Shown in pieces: positions 9,301-18,900 of a DNA stretch of 46,472 nucleotides. Numbering within the stretch: the first letter of the stretch is position 1; each line of letters starts with the position of its first letter. The DNA comes from an uncultured Bacteroidota bacterium (GTDB taxonomy: Bacteria; Bacteroidota; Bacteroidia; Chitinophagales; LD1): NCBI GenBank assembly GCA_903889265.1, contig CAISWS010000403.1, positions 1-46,472 on the forward strand, in the 5' to 3' direction. The notes below the pieces were generated by a model that had not been told where the DNA came from, searched no databases, and was given only the letters and a program-made list of their open reading frames with translations. The position numbers and the translations under genes are program-made.

Positions 9301-10857
9301 CGGAAGATTATTGGCAGTATTGGAATTTCCCGGATTGGGCAGTGCATTCCAGGTGTAGCTGTAAGGCAGCGTACCGTTAGACGGAGTTATTACTATTTTA
9401 CCGTTATGGTCGCTAAAGCAGGTTACATTCGTTACGGTAGTATCCACGTTTAGCGAGCCTAAAGTTACCTTTACAGTATCATAATGGTTACAGGCTCCAC
9501 CCGTCATTTCCACCACATAAGTTGTATTTACAACAGGGTTTACCGTAACCGAAGCGCCTGTTCCAACTGCCGTGCCTGCAAGTGTAGTCCAGGTAAAAGC
9601 AGCTGGGCCCGGTAAAATAGTACCGGTTACAGTAGCCGTAAGGGTCACAGCACTGCCTGGGCAAGAACTGATATCGGGTCCCGCACTTACCGTTGAATTA
9701 TCAACCACAGCATTTACTGTTTGCGTGGTAACACAGGTACCGTTGGTAACAGCAATGGTATAAGCCTGTGAGGTAACGGGGTGCGCGGTAGGGTCACTGC
9801 TGTCGGGTTTGTTCACCGCATTTGAGCCTACAGATGGGGTCCATACAATAGGGTAGTTATCAATATTCGCCCGGCAATAACCAAAATGTATGTTGGGTCG
9901 CTGCATTGTAATTCCCTGTGGCGCAATGGTAGTTCCGCAAAGGTCAGCGCCATTTGAATAGGCATATACATAACTGTTAAAAGCAGTAGTTGTATACTGT
10001 GCCTTATTGTTCTGATTGCCCCGGGTTCCTGCATCATACCAGCAAACATCCACAATCAGATTAGAAACCCCATCCCAGCTATACGGTTGCGTAAATGCAA
10101 AATCATTCCACCCGCCTACTGAGGGTTGGATAGAAGAAGGAGCCTCCACCTGTACCAGGTTATTATCAAAAGCCGATAAGCTGGTAAGGTTAGTGCAGGC
10201 TATGCTGATGGTAAAATCCTGTAAATAAGCATTGCTGTTAAATATCCCCAGATAAAACCCAATACCATCCAAAGTGCACGGGCCTCCCAATGCCGCAGTC
10301 AGCTCTGCTGCAGTGTACAGCATCTGATTCCGCCCGCTGTTATTAAAATTACCCATAATAGTAGGTGGGGCAGTGGGCCCTCCGCCCTGGTTTAAAACCC
10401 CGTTACCAAGTGACGAAGAAACTGTGGTAGTAACACAACCCGGGGCAACTCCACACAAATTGGGTACAATCTGAGAATTTAACTGAACCAAGGTACCAGG
10501 GCAAATGGGTGTTGTTGGGCTGATGGTTGTTTGAAGTATAAGCGCCGCGCCGCTAACCGTTACAACCAGCGAATCAGCAGCCGTACAACCGCCGCTGGTA
10601 ACCGAAAGCACATAGGTAGTGGTAGAAATTGGCGAAGCTACAGGGGTTAATGTATTAGCACCTGTTAAAGTAGCCGTTGGGGTCCAGGAATAAGTATAGG
10701 CTCCCGCAGCAGGGGTAACAGTTCCGTGCAAATTAGCGGTTTGATTAGCACAAATGGTGGTATCCGCACCGGCATTAACCGTAAAAGTGCAGGGCTGAGA
10801 GAAACTTTTAACAAAACCCGCTATCAAAAAACATACAGCAACTAAAAATCTTTTCAT
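6349..10857 (-). CDS. giant cell-surface protein: Ig-like modules + unknown head domain + ~11 SprB-type repeats + T9SS type B C-terminal sorting domain
   Basis: 1502 aa with signal peptide MKRFLVAVCFLIAGFVKSFS. About eleven repeats carry the xCFGxxxG...GGTxPYxYxW...TVTDxNGC pattern. The C-terminal ~250 aa are collinear with the neighbouring 1413-aa protein (FIPNSFSPNGDGNND, FNRWGELVY, GWDG). Confidence 0.85.
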   Translation of the reverse strand: MKRFLVAVCFLIAGFVKSFSQPCTFTVNAGADTTICANQTANLHGTVTPAAGAYTYSWTPTATLTGANTLTPVASPISTTTYVLSVTSGGCTAADSLVVTVSGAALILQTTISPTTPICPGTLVQLNSQIVPNLCGVAPGCVTTTVSSSLGNGVLNQGGGPTAPPTIMGNFNNSGRNQMLYTAAELTAALGGPCTLDGIGFYLGIFNSNAYLQDFTISIACTNLTSLSAFDNNLVQVEAPSSIQPSVGGWNDFAFTQPYSWDGVSNLIVDVCWYDAGTRGNQNNKAQYTTTAFNSYVYAYSNGADLCGTTIAPQGITMQRPNIHFGYCRANIDNYPIVWTPSVGSNAVNKPDSSDPTAHPVTSQAYTIAVTNGTCVTTQTVNAVVDNSTVSAGPDISSCPGSAVTLTATVTGTILPGPAAFTWTTLAGTAVGTGASVTVNPVVNTTYVVEMTGGACNHYDTVKVTLGSLNVDTTVTNVTCFSDHNGKIVITPSNGTLPYSYTWNALPNPGNSNTANNLPAGTYSVTVSDANSCSGTASVSVSQPLSLINSGVTTTPLKCFGYQTANITTTFTGGTRPYTYAWSNSLPPDSFQTGLGAATYDVTASDANGCSVSTSIVISAPPQITFGAAVIQNDKCPNSTTGKITVSPTGGTGAYTYSWSQNAGLNSPTAQNLTAGPYVVTVSDANGCTASSTNTVNAAIAVTFGPPTINNAKCFGGTGSATINPTGGAPPYSYLWTPSGQITQTATNLAAQAYTVSVTDDSSCITTATITITQPGAIVIVADSVNVLCNGSSTGSIAITATTNAAPTVSYAWGASANNATTPAITNLAANSYSVTITDANGCQQNRTFNLTQPPPIVLNAPVIQNDACLNGATGAIIASASGGTGTLNYTWSNTATTAAISNLPANTYHLTVTDANNCTDTASYIVTQPSTGPSLTAVVDNAQCFGASTGSITVTPSGGTPGFSYAWSANAPQVNSPTETGLAAGTYTVTATDGGGCTVSSTNAVTQGIQIVFGDSIVINVSCFGKSDGSAQVTPSGGNGGPYTYTWNGAAGNNPQVNLAANSYTVVVTDGNGCTASTIVVVGQPAPILDSIMRSNVRCFGGNDGSLTAIAYGGNPPFTYQWGDGSTTQLDSLLPVAPSPYTVTITDSKGCRTHDTASLSQPPVLTFTHTETQVTCPGLQDGTITAVAVGGTPPYDYSVTKDNFANTVSTTSGVVTQLDSGLYTIVLTDNNGCPHTDTAFIKSPVADSFAITVDSTTCFGQQYADGSIYVTAFTANNMPYTYTIDNGAVQDTSYFGNLTAGPHHIVATNQFGCTSNLDTVVGQPGQAYATIFPQDTTLHLGQSVILYSGFSPYSLSSITSYNWVPSMGLSCIDCPNPVATPYSHVSEYYLTITYNGLCTASDSMRIIVENQSKPFIPNSFSPNGDGNNDVFEIYGENIKSVKMRIFNRWGELVYESTNQFKGWDGYYKGILQNPGVYTYDAEIIFLDDTQIEKHGSVTLLR

Positions 10858-11319
10858 GGGGCGATTTAGACTCCTAAAAATAAAAATAAACCAGTGCCAA
10901 ATTGAAAAATTATTTCCGACATATACAATGACAGGGATTTACCGGTATCTGTTGCATCTGCTACAACAAGTAAGCCCCTGGATTTTGTTCTTTTGAGGCA
11001 CATTTTCAACGCAATTAACTACATAACCTTTACTGGAAAACGCACAAAAGGCCCGCTCAGGTATATCCTGCCAGTTTATTTACTTCTATCCCTGCAATTC
11101 TCAAATCCCCAAAACTGCCATATTCTTAATCCAAATTAAGCCCTCTTAAATCCCCTCAGGTGGCAAAACCACTAAAGGGCTACCATTGTTTACAACCTTG
11201 CCTGTAATAAATAGTAACCGGCTTAAAGTCCGGTTGCATCTTGTCCCCCCAAAATATCCCTTAGGATATTTAAAACAGCTGGTTAATTTCGGTACTTTAT
11301 ACCCTAAACTGAACCACCC

Positions 11320-13080
11320 ATGAGGCGTTTGTTTGTATTGTTTATCTGTGCAATGGAAGTTTTGTGGCTCAGCGCACAGGTAAATCCAAAACCCGGCGCC
11401 AGGCTCAACTATAACCAAATTATGTTTGAGTGCGAAAAAGTGAAAGGGGCTGGCATATACATTTTTCAATTGACTGAAGATACAACCAGGGCCTCCTTTG
11501 GTAAGGTGTTGCTTGAACAAAAAGATTCCTCTAATGCGACCCTTATCAGCGGTTTAAAATTTGGACAAAAATACCAATGGCGGTGTGCAGGTGTTGTAAA
11601 AGGCCAGCCAACCATGTGGAAAGGCCCCTGGCTTTTTGAAATTTCGGCCGACTCGTTACTTCATTACGGTCTTATGTCTTTCAATGTAATAAAAAACGAG
11701 GGGTCCGATGCCGGTGGTTTGATTATCAACGACTGCTCGCATAGTATAGTTGACAGAAATGGAAACCTGGTGTGGTATCTGCCCAAAGTAAAGTGGCATC
11801 CGGTAATGAATAAAAAGACGATGGAAATTAAGCCACAGATATTTGACCTGAGGTTAACACCTTACGGAACGGTAACTTATCTGGCAAACAATATTGCCAC
11901 CGAAACCGATATTGACGGTAACAAGCTATGGGGTGCACCCGATGACGGCCAGGTTTCTGGCAGTAACACGGAGGCTTATAACCACGATTTTAAGCGCCTG
12001 GCCGATGGCCATTATATGGTATTGGGGGGTGAGCAATGGCGAAAACTTCCCGAATACAAAGACACTACAACTGTTATCAGGAAATATCCATCAAGAAAGG
12101 TTATAGATGGCCATGAATATGGGGAGGTTGAACTACCCACCGTAATTGAATATGATAGAAAAGGAAAGGTGGTTTGGAGCTGGAAAAGTGAAAGTTATGT
12201 CGACCCCGATGTATTTGACACCACCCGGGCGCTTTTTGAACGAAAGCCACACGTAAATGCTTTTAGCGTTGATAAGAATAATGAATTTGTTTACGTTGGT
12301 TTCCGCAACACCAGCCGAATTATTAAAATAGAAAAGAAAACCGGTAAAGTTGTTGATTGCTGGGGTGATATATCATCGGCCCATGAGCCAGCTAAATTTG
12401 TGGGTTTACACAGACAGCATGACGCTAATATATTGGATGATGGAACCATTGCCGTTTTTAATAACAACGATTATCCCGGGCTGGATAGTTTTTCAAGCGT
12501 ACTGCTTATTTCACAAAAACCAGAAGACAGTGTCAGGAATTACATAGCCTGGAGGTTTGACTGCGATCTCAAAACGTTAAACCAACACAATGAAAGAAAC
12601 GGAGGCAATGTTGACCAGCTAAAAAACGGCAACTTTTTAGTATGCATGGGTAATATGAACCGCATATTTGAAGTAACCACTGATAAAAAGGTAATATGGG
12701 ACGCCGCCATGGCCCCCGATGGAAAGGCTGGCAATACCTTTTTTCACCGGCTTTACCGGGCTCATTACATTTCATCATTGTACCCCTGCTATTTCACCTT
12801 CGCCACTAATGAGGATGTGCTAACAGCCGGCATTCCTCACCTGCATTTAAAAATATTTAATAAGGGCAGCGAAAGCGATACCTACCAGGTGAAATTAAAT
12901 TCAGCTTCAGGTAATAGCCTGGCGGATATTACCTCAGCTGCCGTACCTGGCAATAGATCAGTTAACTTCGATATAAAATCAAACCACCAGCTTAAAGCCG
13001 GCGACCTCGTGGAAATTGAAGTGAGTTCAAAAACAAATCCGGATTTTGTACGAAGAAGCATGTTGACGGTAGTTAAATAA
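11320..13080 (+). CDS. aryl-sulfate sulfotransferase (ASST)-like secreted beta-propeller protein
   Basis: 586 aa with signal peptide MRRLFVLFICAMEVLWLSAQ. An N-terminal ~100-aa beta-sandwich-like module is followed by blades with HD motifs (YNHDFKRLADGHYMV, HRQHDANILDDGTIAVFNNN, NGGNVDQLKNGNFLVC), as remembered for the Arylsulfotran families. Not HMM-verified. Confidence 0.55.
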   Translation: MRRLFVLFICAMEVLWLSAQVNPKPGARLNYNQIMFECEKVKGAGIYIFQLTEDTTRASFGKVLLEQKDSSNATLISGLKFGQKYQWRCAGVVKGQPTMWKGPWLFEISADSLLHYGLMSFNVIKNEGSDAGGLIINDCSHSIVDRNGNLVWYLPKVKWHPVMNKKTMEIKPQIFDLRLTPYGTVTYLANNIATETDIDGNKLWGAPDDGQVSGSNTEAYNHDFKRLADGHYMVLGGEQWRKLPEYKDTTTVIRKYPSRKVIDGHEYGEVELPTVIEYDRKGKVVWSWKSESYVDPDVFDTTRALFERKPHVNAFSVDKNNEFVYVGFRNTSRIIKIEKKTGKVVDCWGDISSAHEPAKFVGLHRQHDANILDDGTIAVFNNNDYPGLDSFSSVLLISQKPEDSVRNYIAWRFDCDLKTLNQHNERNGGNVDQLKNGNFLVCMGNMNRIFEVTTDKKVIWDAAMAPDGKAGNTFFHRLYRAHYISSLYPCYFTFATNEDVLTAGIPHLHLKIFNKGSESDTYQVKLNSASGNSLADITSAAVPGNRSVNFDIKSNHQLKAGDLVEIEVSSKTNPDFVRRSMLTVVK

Positions 13081-13139
13081 ATTTGCACCCATAAAATTTG
13101 ACATCTTTAAGTAATATTAATAACCAACAAAAATTTATT

Positions 13140-13847
13140 ATGACTTCAAAAGAGGTTTTAAAAAAATTAGAACAATCGGGCAATGAAGGCACCGCTAAAA
13201 TTTTAATGAAACATGGTGCCAAAGCCCCATGCTATGGGGTAAAAGTTGAGGAACTCAAAAAAATCCAAAAACTGGTTAAAACAAACCACGCCCTGGCATC
13301 CGAACTTTTTAATTCGGGTATTTTTGATGCCATGTACCTGGCCGGACTTATTATGGATGGCGCTGAAATGACAAAGAAAGAACTTACCGCCTGGGCCGAA
13401 ACAAATTATGGTTCCAGCATCAGTAGCTATACCGTGCCTTGGGTGGCTTCAGAAAATAAACTGGGGTTGGAACTTGCTTTGCAATGGATAGAATCTAAAA
13501 AAGAGTTTGTGGCTGTTAGCGGTTGGGCAACACTATCATGCATTGTTTCCCTAAGGCCCGATGAGGAGCTTGATATTGCTCTGTTGAGAAGCCTGCTTAA
13601 ACGCGTGGTTGAAAATATCCATACCTCGCCAAACAAGGTTAAACAAGCCATGAATAATTTTGTAATCAGCCTCGGTTGCTATGTGGCACCACTTACTGCC
13701 GAAGCACTAAAGGCCGCCGATAAAATTGGTAAAGTTAAAGTAGACGTAGGCGATACCGATTGCAAAATTCCTGCTGCTACCGAATACATCAATAAACTAA
13801 AAACGAAGGGCACTATTGGCAAAAAGAAAAAAACAGTAAAGTGTTAA
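13140..13847 (+). CDS. DNA alkylation repair protein (AlkC/AlkD-like HEAT-repeat family)
   Basis: ATG at 13140; the ORF track begins at the upstream TTG 13098. The 235-aa protein is all-helical. The pattern KILMKHGAK..YGVKV..LKKI...A..L..SG..DAMYLAG...WA matches the remembered PF08713-type family. Confidence 0.65.
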   Translation: MTSKEVLKKLEQSGNEGTAKILMKHGAKAPCYGVKVEELKKIQKLVKTNHALASELFNSGIFDAMYLAGLIMDGAEMTKKELTAWAETNYGSSISSYTVPWVASENKLGLELALQWIESKKEFVAVSGWATLSCIVSLRPDEELDIALLRSLLKRVVENIHTSPNKVKQAMNNFVISLGCYVAPLTAEALKAADKIGKVKVDVGDTDCKIPAATEYINKLKTKGTIGKKKKTVKC

Positions 13848-13863
13848 ACCGGATCTTATATCA

Positions 13864-14346
13864 ATGCACGGACACCCAACCAATACCGAACAAAAACTGA
13901 CCTGGAAACAAGCCCTTAAAAACGCATGCCTGAAGTTAATTCATGAACGCATTGCCCATATTGAACAAGCCATGCTTGAAGCCCGCGAAGCAGCTAACAG
14001 CGAAGAGAAAAGCTCCGCCGGCGATAAATACGAAACATCCAGGGCTATGAGCCATCTGGCGCAGGAAATGCAGGGCCGCCAGCTGGAAGATGCCAGGCAG
14101 GAACTTGATTTTATTAACCGGTTAAATACAACCGATATTTTTACCATGGCCAACACGGGTGCCGTTGTAATTTGCCCCGATATTATCTTCTACATTTCGT
14201 TGGGTTTGGGTAACACTATCGTTGACGGTTGCAAAATTATGTTGTTATCGCCCAAAGCGCCCATTGCAGCTTTGTTGTATCAGAAAAAAGAGGGCGATAC
14301 TTTCGTTTTTAATAAAAAGACTAATCAGATTCTAAGCATATTTTAA
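13864..14346 (+). CDS. GreA/GreB C-terminal-like domain protein (family often mis-annotated as 3-oxoacyl-ACP synthase)
   Basis: 160 aa. N-terminal coiled coil contains EEKSSAGDKYETSRAM. The C-terminal beta-rich part ends SPKAPIAALLYQKKEGDTFVF. Assignment is recall-based. Confidence 0.4.
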   Translation: MHGHPTNTEQKLTWKQALKNACLKLIHERIAHIEQAMLEAREAANSEEKSSAGDKYETSRAMSHLAQEMQGRQLEDARQELDFINRLNTTDIFTMANTGAVVICPDIIFYISLGLGNTIVDGCKIMLLSPKAPIAALLYQKKEGDTFVFNKKTNQILSIF

Positions 14347-14355
14347 TATCAAAAA

Positions 14356-15054
14356 ATGAAAACAATAGGCCTTATAGGTGGTACCAGCTGGGTGTCTACA
14401 GCAGATTACTACCGCATTATCAATCAGCTTACCACACAACATTTAGGGGGTATCAACTCAGCACAGGTGCTCATGTATTCCGTAAACTACGTGGACTTTA
14501 AAGCACTGGTAGATGCCGGCGAATGGGAAAAATTCAACAGTGTAGTCTCAAACCTGGCCCAAAAACTGGAACACGCAGGCGCCGATTGTATTTTACTTTG
14601 CGCCAACACTATGCACATGGCAGCTGATGCAGTACGGCAAAATATCAATATTCCCTTGCTGCATATTGCCGAAGTAACAGCGAATGAAGTTGCCGGTAAA
14701 AAACTGAGCAAGGTGGGCCTTGTGGGCACAAAGTTTACTATGGAAAAAGATTTCTTTAAAGATAAACTCAGGCAACAGGGCATTGAGGCCATAATACCCG
14801 ATGCCCCTGCCAGGGATTTTATGCATGCCACAATTTTTGATGAAATGAGCAATGGCATTTTTACCCCAGCCACCCGCGCCAGATACGAACAGGAAATAGA
14901 CAAATTGTTACAGGCGGGTGCACAAGGTATTATCTTCGCCTGCACCGAAATACCATTGCTTATTCCGCCCGACGAATGCAGTTTTCCGGTATTTGATACG
15001 CTCGACCTTCATGCAAAAAGCGCCGTTGACTTCGCCCAAGGCCTAACGCAATAA
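14356..15054 (+). CDS. aspartate/glutamate racemase family protein
   Basis: MKTIGLIGGTSW N-terminus and two catalytic-Cys motifs, LLCANTMH and FACTEIPLL. 232 aa. Confidence 0.85.
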   Translation: MKTIGLIGGTSWVSTADYYRIINQLTTQHLGGINSAQVLMYSVNYVDFKALVDAGEWEKFNSVVSNLAQKLEHAGADCILLCANTMHMAADAVRQNINIPLLHIAEVTANEVAGKKLSKVGLVGTKFTMEKDFFKDKLRQQGIEAIIPDAPARDFMHATIFDEMSNGIFTPATRARYEQEIDKLLQAGAQGIIFACTEIPLLIPPDECSFPVFDTLDLHAKSAVDFAQGLTQ

Positions 15055-15059
15055 AACAG

Positions 15060-15093
15060 CAAGGGCAGATGAAAAATATCTCATCTGCCCTTG
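15060..15093. terminator. perfect 13-bp hairpin between convergent genes
   Basis: CAAGGGCAGATGA (15060-15072), 8-nt loop, TCATCTGCCCTTG (15081-15093). The minus strand then reads CTGTTTTAT. It lies between the racemase stop (15054) and the peroxidase stop (15112). Confidence 0.6.
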
Positions 15094-15111
15094 CCTAAAA
15101 AAAATTAAATC

Positions 15112-15660
15112 CTACTTAGCAGCTAAAGCGCTCTCAACCGCCTTTACTATTTCGTCCTCCGTTACTTTTTTGCCGGGATCGAAAGAGGCTATTACATTGC
15201 CATTGCGGCCTACCAGAAATTTCTGAAAATTCCAGGTAACCTTAGCATCCACCGACCCGTTCTCAGCTTTTTTTGTAAGGTAAGAATACAGCGGGGCTAT
15301 ATTTTTTCCTATTACATCAATCTTGGAGAACATCGGAAATTTAACATCGTATTTGGTAGTGCAAAATTGTTTTATCTCGCTGTTACTACCCGGTTCTTGT
15401 CCCATAAAATCGTTTTCAGGAAACCCCAAAACCACCAGGCCTTTATCTTTATATTTCAAATACATGGCTTCGAGGTCAGCGTACTGCGGGGTATGTCCGC
15501 AATGGCTTGCAACGTTTACAACCAAAAGCACCTTGCCTTTATACTGGCTCAGTGATACATCTTTACCATCAATATCCTGCACGGTAAAATCATAAATCGT
15601 TTTAAAAGGAGCCGCAGCCACCAGCAATATGGTAAGTAGGGAGATAAACAAGGGTTTCAT
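15112..15660 (-). CDS. glutathione peroxidase family protein with signal peptide
   Basis: VNVASHCGHTPQY, LGFPENDFMGQEPG and WNFQKFLV signatures. N-terminal signal MKPLFISLLTILLVAAAP. Confidence 0.9.
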   Translation of the reverse strand: MKPLFISLLTILLVAAAPFKTIYDFTVQDIDGKDVSLSQYKGKVLLVVNVASHCGHTPQYADLEAMYLKYKDKGLVVLGFPENDFMGQEPGSNSEIKQFCTTKYDVKFPMFSKIDVIGKNIAPLYSYLTKKAENGSVDAKVTWNFQKFLVGRNGNVIASFDPGKKVTEDEIVKAVESALAAK

Positions 15661-15906
15661 GGTTCTTTATTTTTTGCTTAAAACAAATGTGCCGAAATAA
15701 AAGTTCAAAAACACTGCTATAAGCATAATTAACACTCAGGAATATTTAAAATTAAAGAAAAAACATCTGATAACAGAAAGGCTCAATACAAAGTACATAA
15801 AAAAAATAAACTTTGTGTGCTTTGTATTCGGATTTTTCTTTGTGCTCTTTGTGTTAAACTGCATTGGGATTTAATTTTAACCCGTTTCTCAGTCTCCGCC
15901 AGGCGC

Positions 15907-18900
15907 CTAAAAAGTTACCTGTGCCTTAATATAGCACTGCGTACCCATCAGCGGTGTTCCCGGAAAAGCACTCCACTGGTAATTGGTTACGTTATTTACG
16001 TTAACCGCCAGTAATAATTTCTTATACCATTTAAGCCTGTAGCTAATTGAGGCGTCCAGAATATACATGGGGGCCACCTGCCCTTCATAAACAGACGACT
16101 CACCATAATAAGGCATCTGGTACCTAAACTGAAGTCCGTAACCAAAACCACTCTGTTTTAATGTGTGGTTAAATGAGAATGAAAACTTCGCCTTAGGCGC
16201 ATTCAGCGGTACGCCTTGTCCGGTTGAAAGTATAAACTGGTCTTTATCTACATAACTTAAAGTACTTGCTAAAACAACATTATGCTGGTTAGTTTCATAA
16301 AGGTTGTATTGAAGGCTCATATCAAATCCGAAAACATCCAGTCTGCCCAGGTTTTCAAAAGTGAGTATGTAATCAGAATTTACATTTTTAGAATTCGGCG
16401 TAATAGAGCCGATTGGCAATTGCGATAGCAGTACCACAAGCGCATCCCAGGTACTATCCTTTATAGGTCCGGTGATGGTGGTATTTCTCAGGGCAGCTTC
16501 ACCGTTCAAACCACTCAATAGCTTGGAATAATACCCGCCATAGTTTACATACAGATTCTTATAAAGCTGGCCGGTACTATTATCCGGGCCTAAAAAAGAA
16601 TTATTATAAACTACCCCCATGGATGCAGGAGTAAGGGCACTCACGTAATTATTTATACGTGTCCAGTAAGCATCAACCTGTATATTCAGTTTGTGGAATA
16701 AAAAGCCCTTATATCCCAACTCCATGGTTTGTGTATACTGGTTATTTATCTTTTTCAGGTTCGAAACAGAGGCCGCAACCGAATTAGGAATGGTGCTTTG
16801 CCCATAATCACCGGTGCTACCAAAGGTATTCAGGTTAAGCGCCTTATAAGTTGCGCTGGCTACGGTGCCATTGGCTCCGCCAATTCCGTTAAATACGTTC
16901 TTGAGAAGGCTTTGCGCTTCCTGGTAAGTTATACCCGGTTGCGACGCAAATACCTTGGCCAGGTAATTCTGCACGCTGTCAAATTGCGCAACGCTGGCAG
17001 CTGATTGTGCCGCAGTTACCGAAGCGCTGTTTGTGCTGTTACTAAAAGGCACCCATGAACCAACCCCGCCCCACGGAGCTGTTTTAAATTCAACGTTGGC
17101 ATTACCGTCATACATATAATTATATCCGTAAGGGTTGCCTATGCCGCGGGCATACATACCATTGGGCAACTGCGTTTGCGCTAGGTCCAGGAACTGGTCA
17201 AGCGTATTGGGTGCGTCAAAGGCCCGGTTATAGGTAAGTCGTATATCCTGGTTCTCTGCAACCTTAAACACTATAGCAGCACGCGGACTGGCAGCAACAT
17301 TACCTATAATGCTGTTATAATCTGCGCGGAATGCCGCAACCAGTTTTAGCCACTTCAGAGGGTCGTAAGTACCCTGTAAATACAATCCCGCCATATTCAC
17401 AGCATCTACCGGTTCAAAAACACCGTTAATAGTACCTTCGGTGTTAGGCCTTACAAACTGTGCATCACCGCCGTAAACAAAATTAAGCTTACTAATGGGC
17501 CTCCAGGAGTGCTGAATCTGCAACACATGCAACTTCGATTTATCAATCAGCGACTGCACCTCATAAGGATAAGAGCCCCTTGCTGATTGCGAAAGCTGTG
17601 GTATAATATAAGTAGTGCCGGCATCGCTGGAGTTAATGAAGTATTGAATGAATAGGTTCTTCCATTTAAATTTAGCCTGCAAATACCAGTAAATCCATCC
17701 GCCATTTCCTCCGGCCTGTGCTGCACCCAATCCTGTAAGTTCTATATTGTGCGTACTCGAAACACCTCCATTTATCGTAATAAGGATGTCTTTAGTTGGT
17801 TTTATATCAAAGCGCGCATCAGCATTCCATTTGCGTATGAAAAAATCTTTCTTAAATTTTCTCGTATCCAGCTTAAATGAATCCAGAACGGTTTCGCCGT
17901 TAGCTACATGGGTATACTTTTGCAACGTATCCGGGGTAAAGGTGCCGCCGTTGTGTACACTTCCAAAAACCAGGCTGTCGCCGGTATAAGGTTCACGCGA
18001 GTCATAGCTGGGGTAATCCTGCCCCTGAAGATAACCACCTGAAATTTTGTATCCGAAAATACCGTTTTTGGTGCGGCCAGAATGCCTGAATTCGGGATTA
18101 ATAATATTTCCTGACAAAGCCTTACCGCCATTATCCTGGCGATAAGTTGACATACCACCCGTAGCATTCGGCTCTAAGGTGTTTCCAAGCACAGTAAAAC
18201 CTGAGGTCATAGCAACTGTGGTTTCAAACTGGTCCACCTGGTCAAGCGGGCTCTTGGTAGTAATAGCAATAACACCACTTGACGCATTCGGGCCATAAAG
18301 CGCCGATGCGGGGCCACGTATTACTTCAATCCTATCGTAATCCAGGTCGCTGGTAGGCACCAGTTGGTAAGCATTAATCCGTAATGAAGGCACTGAGCCT
18401 ATCCGGTCATCAACCACATTCAAAACTGAACCGGAAAAAATATCATTAAACCCACGCACCACCACGTTACTTGAAATTAAACCGGTACGCATAATATCAA
18501 CACCGGCTGTACCTTTCAATTCATCAACGGGCGTGGTTACTACATTGGTTTCAAGTTTATCTCTGCCAATTACAGTGATGGAGGCCGGGGCGTCCAGCAA
18601 CTTCTCTTTCTCTTTTGAAACAGACACCACTACCTGGTTAAGCGAAATATCGCTTGATGCCATATCGGTATTCAGCTTGTAATCGCCCCCGTCGCCTTTT
18701 ACAGGAAACTCTTTATTGTCATATCCGATGTAACTGATAACTACAGTTTTTGCATCCTTGGGTACGACCAACGAATATTTACCCACACTATCGGTAGTAG
18801 TGCCAATGGTTGTACCAGGAACTGACACAGTAGCACCCGGCAAAGGATGTTTGGTTTCATCGCGCACCACACCTGAAATAGTAATTGTAGTCTGTGCAAA

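Noticed and set aside
1967-10857. Many 60-140-codon ORFs antisense to or out of frame with the two giant adhesin genes (e.g. 2003..2368, 3182..3595, 4276..4548, 5585..5866, 8690..8890, 9572..9763, 10016..10228).
   Set aside because: They lie entirely inside long, motif-rich reading frames. Their translations are low-complexity with no motifs. They are the expected by-product of Gly/Thr/Ala/Val-rich repeat coding.
1967-10857. Possibility that the periodic SprB-type repeats are a DNA-level tandem repeat array or CRISPR-like structure.
   Set aside because: The periodicity is at protein level (~70 aa, roughly one third identity). I saw no identical short direct repeats with unique spacers, and no cas genes.
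11146-11520. 124-aa minus-strand ORF overlapping the start of the ASST-like gene.
   Set aside because: It overlaps the well-supported plus-strand gene. Its product has no signal or motifs and odd composition. The region upstream of 11320 is better explained as a promoter.
14487-14945. 152-aa and 77-aa antisense ORFs inside the racemase gene. Similar antisense ORFs occur inside the E2 gene (19158..20073), the 533-aa secreted-protein gene (42173..43288), the response regulator and kinase genes (36978..37601, 38545..38856), and others.
   Set aside because: Each is fully contained in a gene with clear family motifs on the other strand. There is no independent support.
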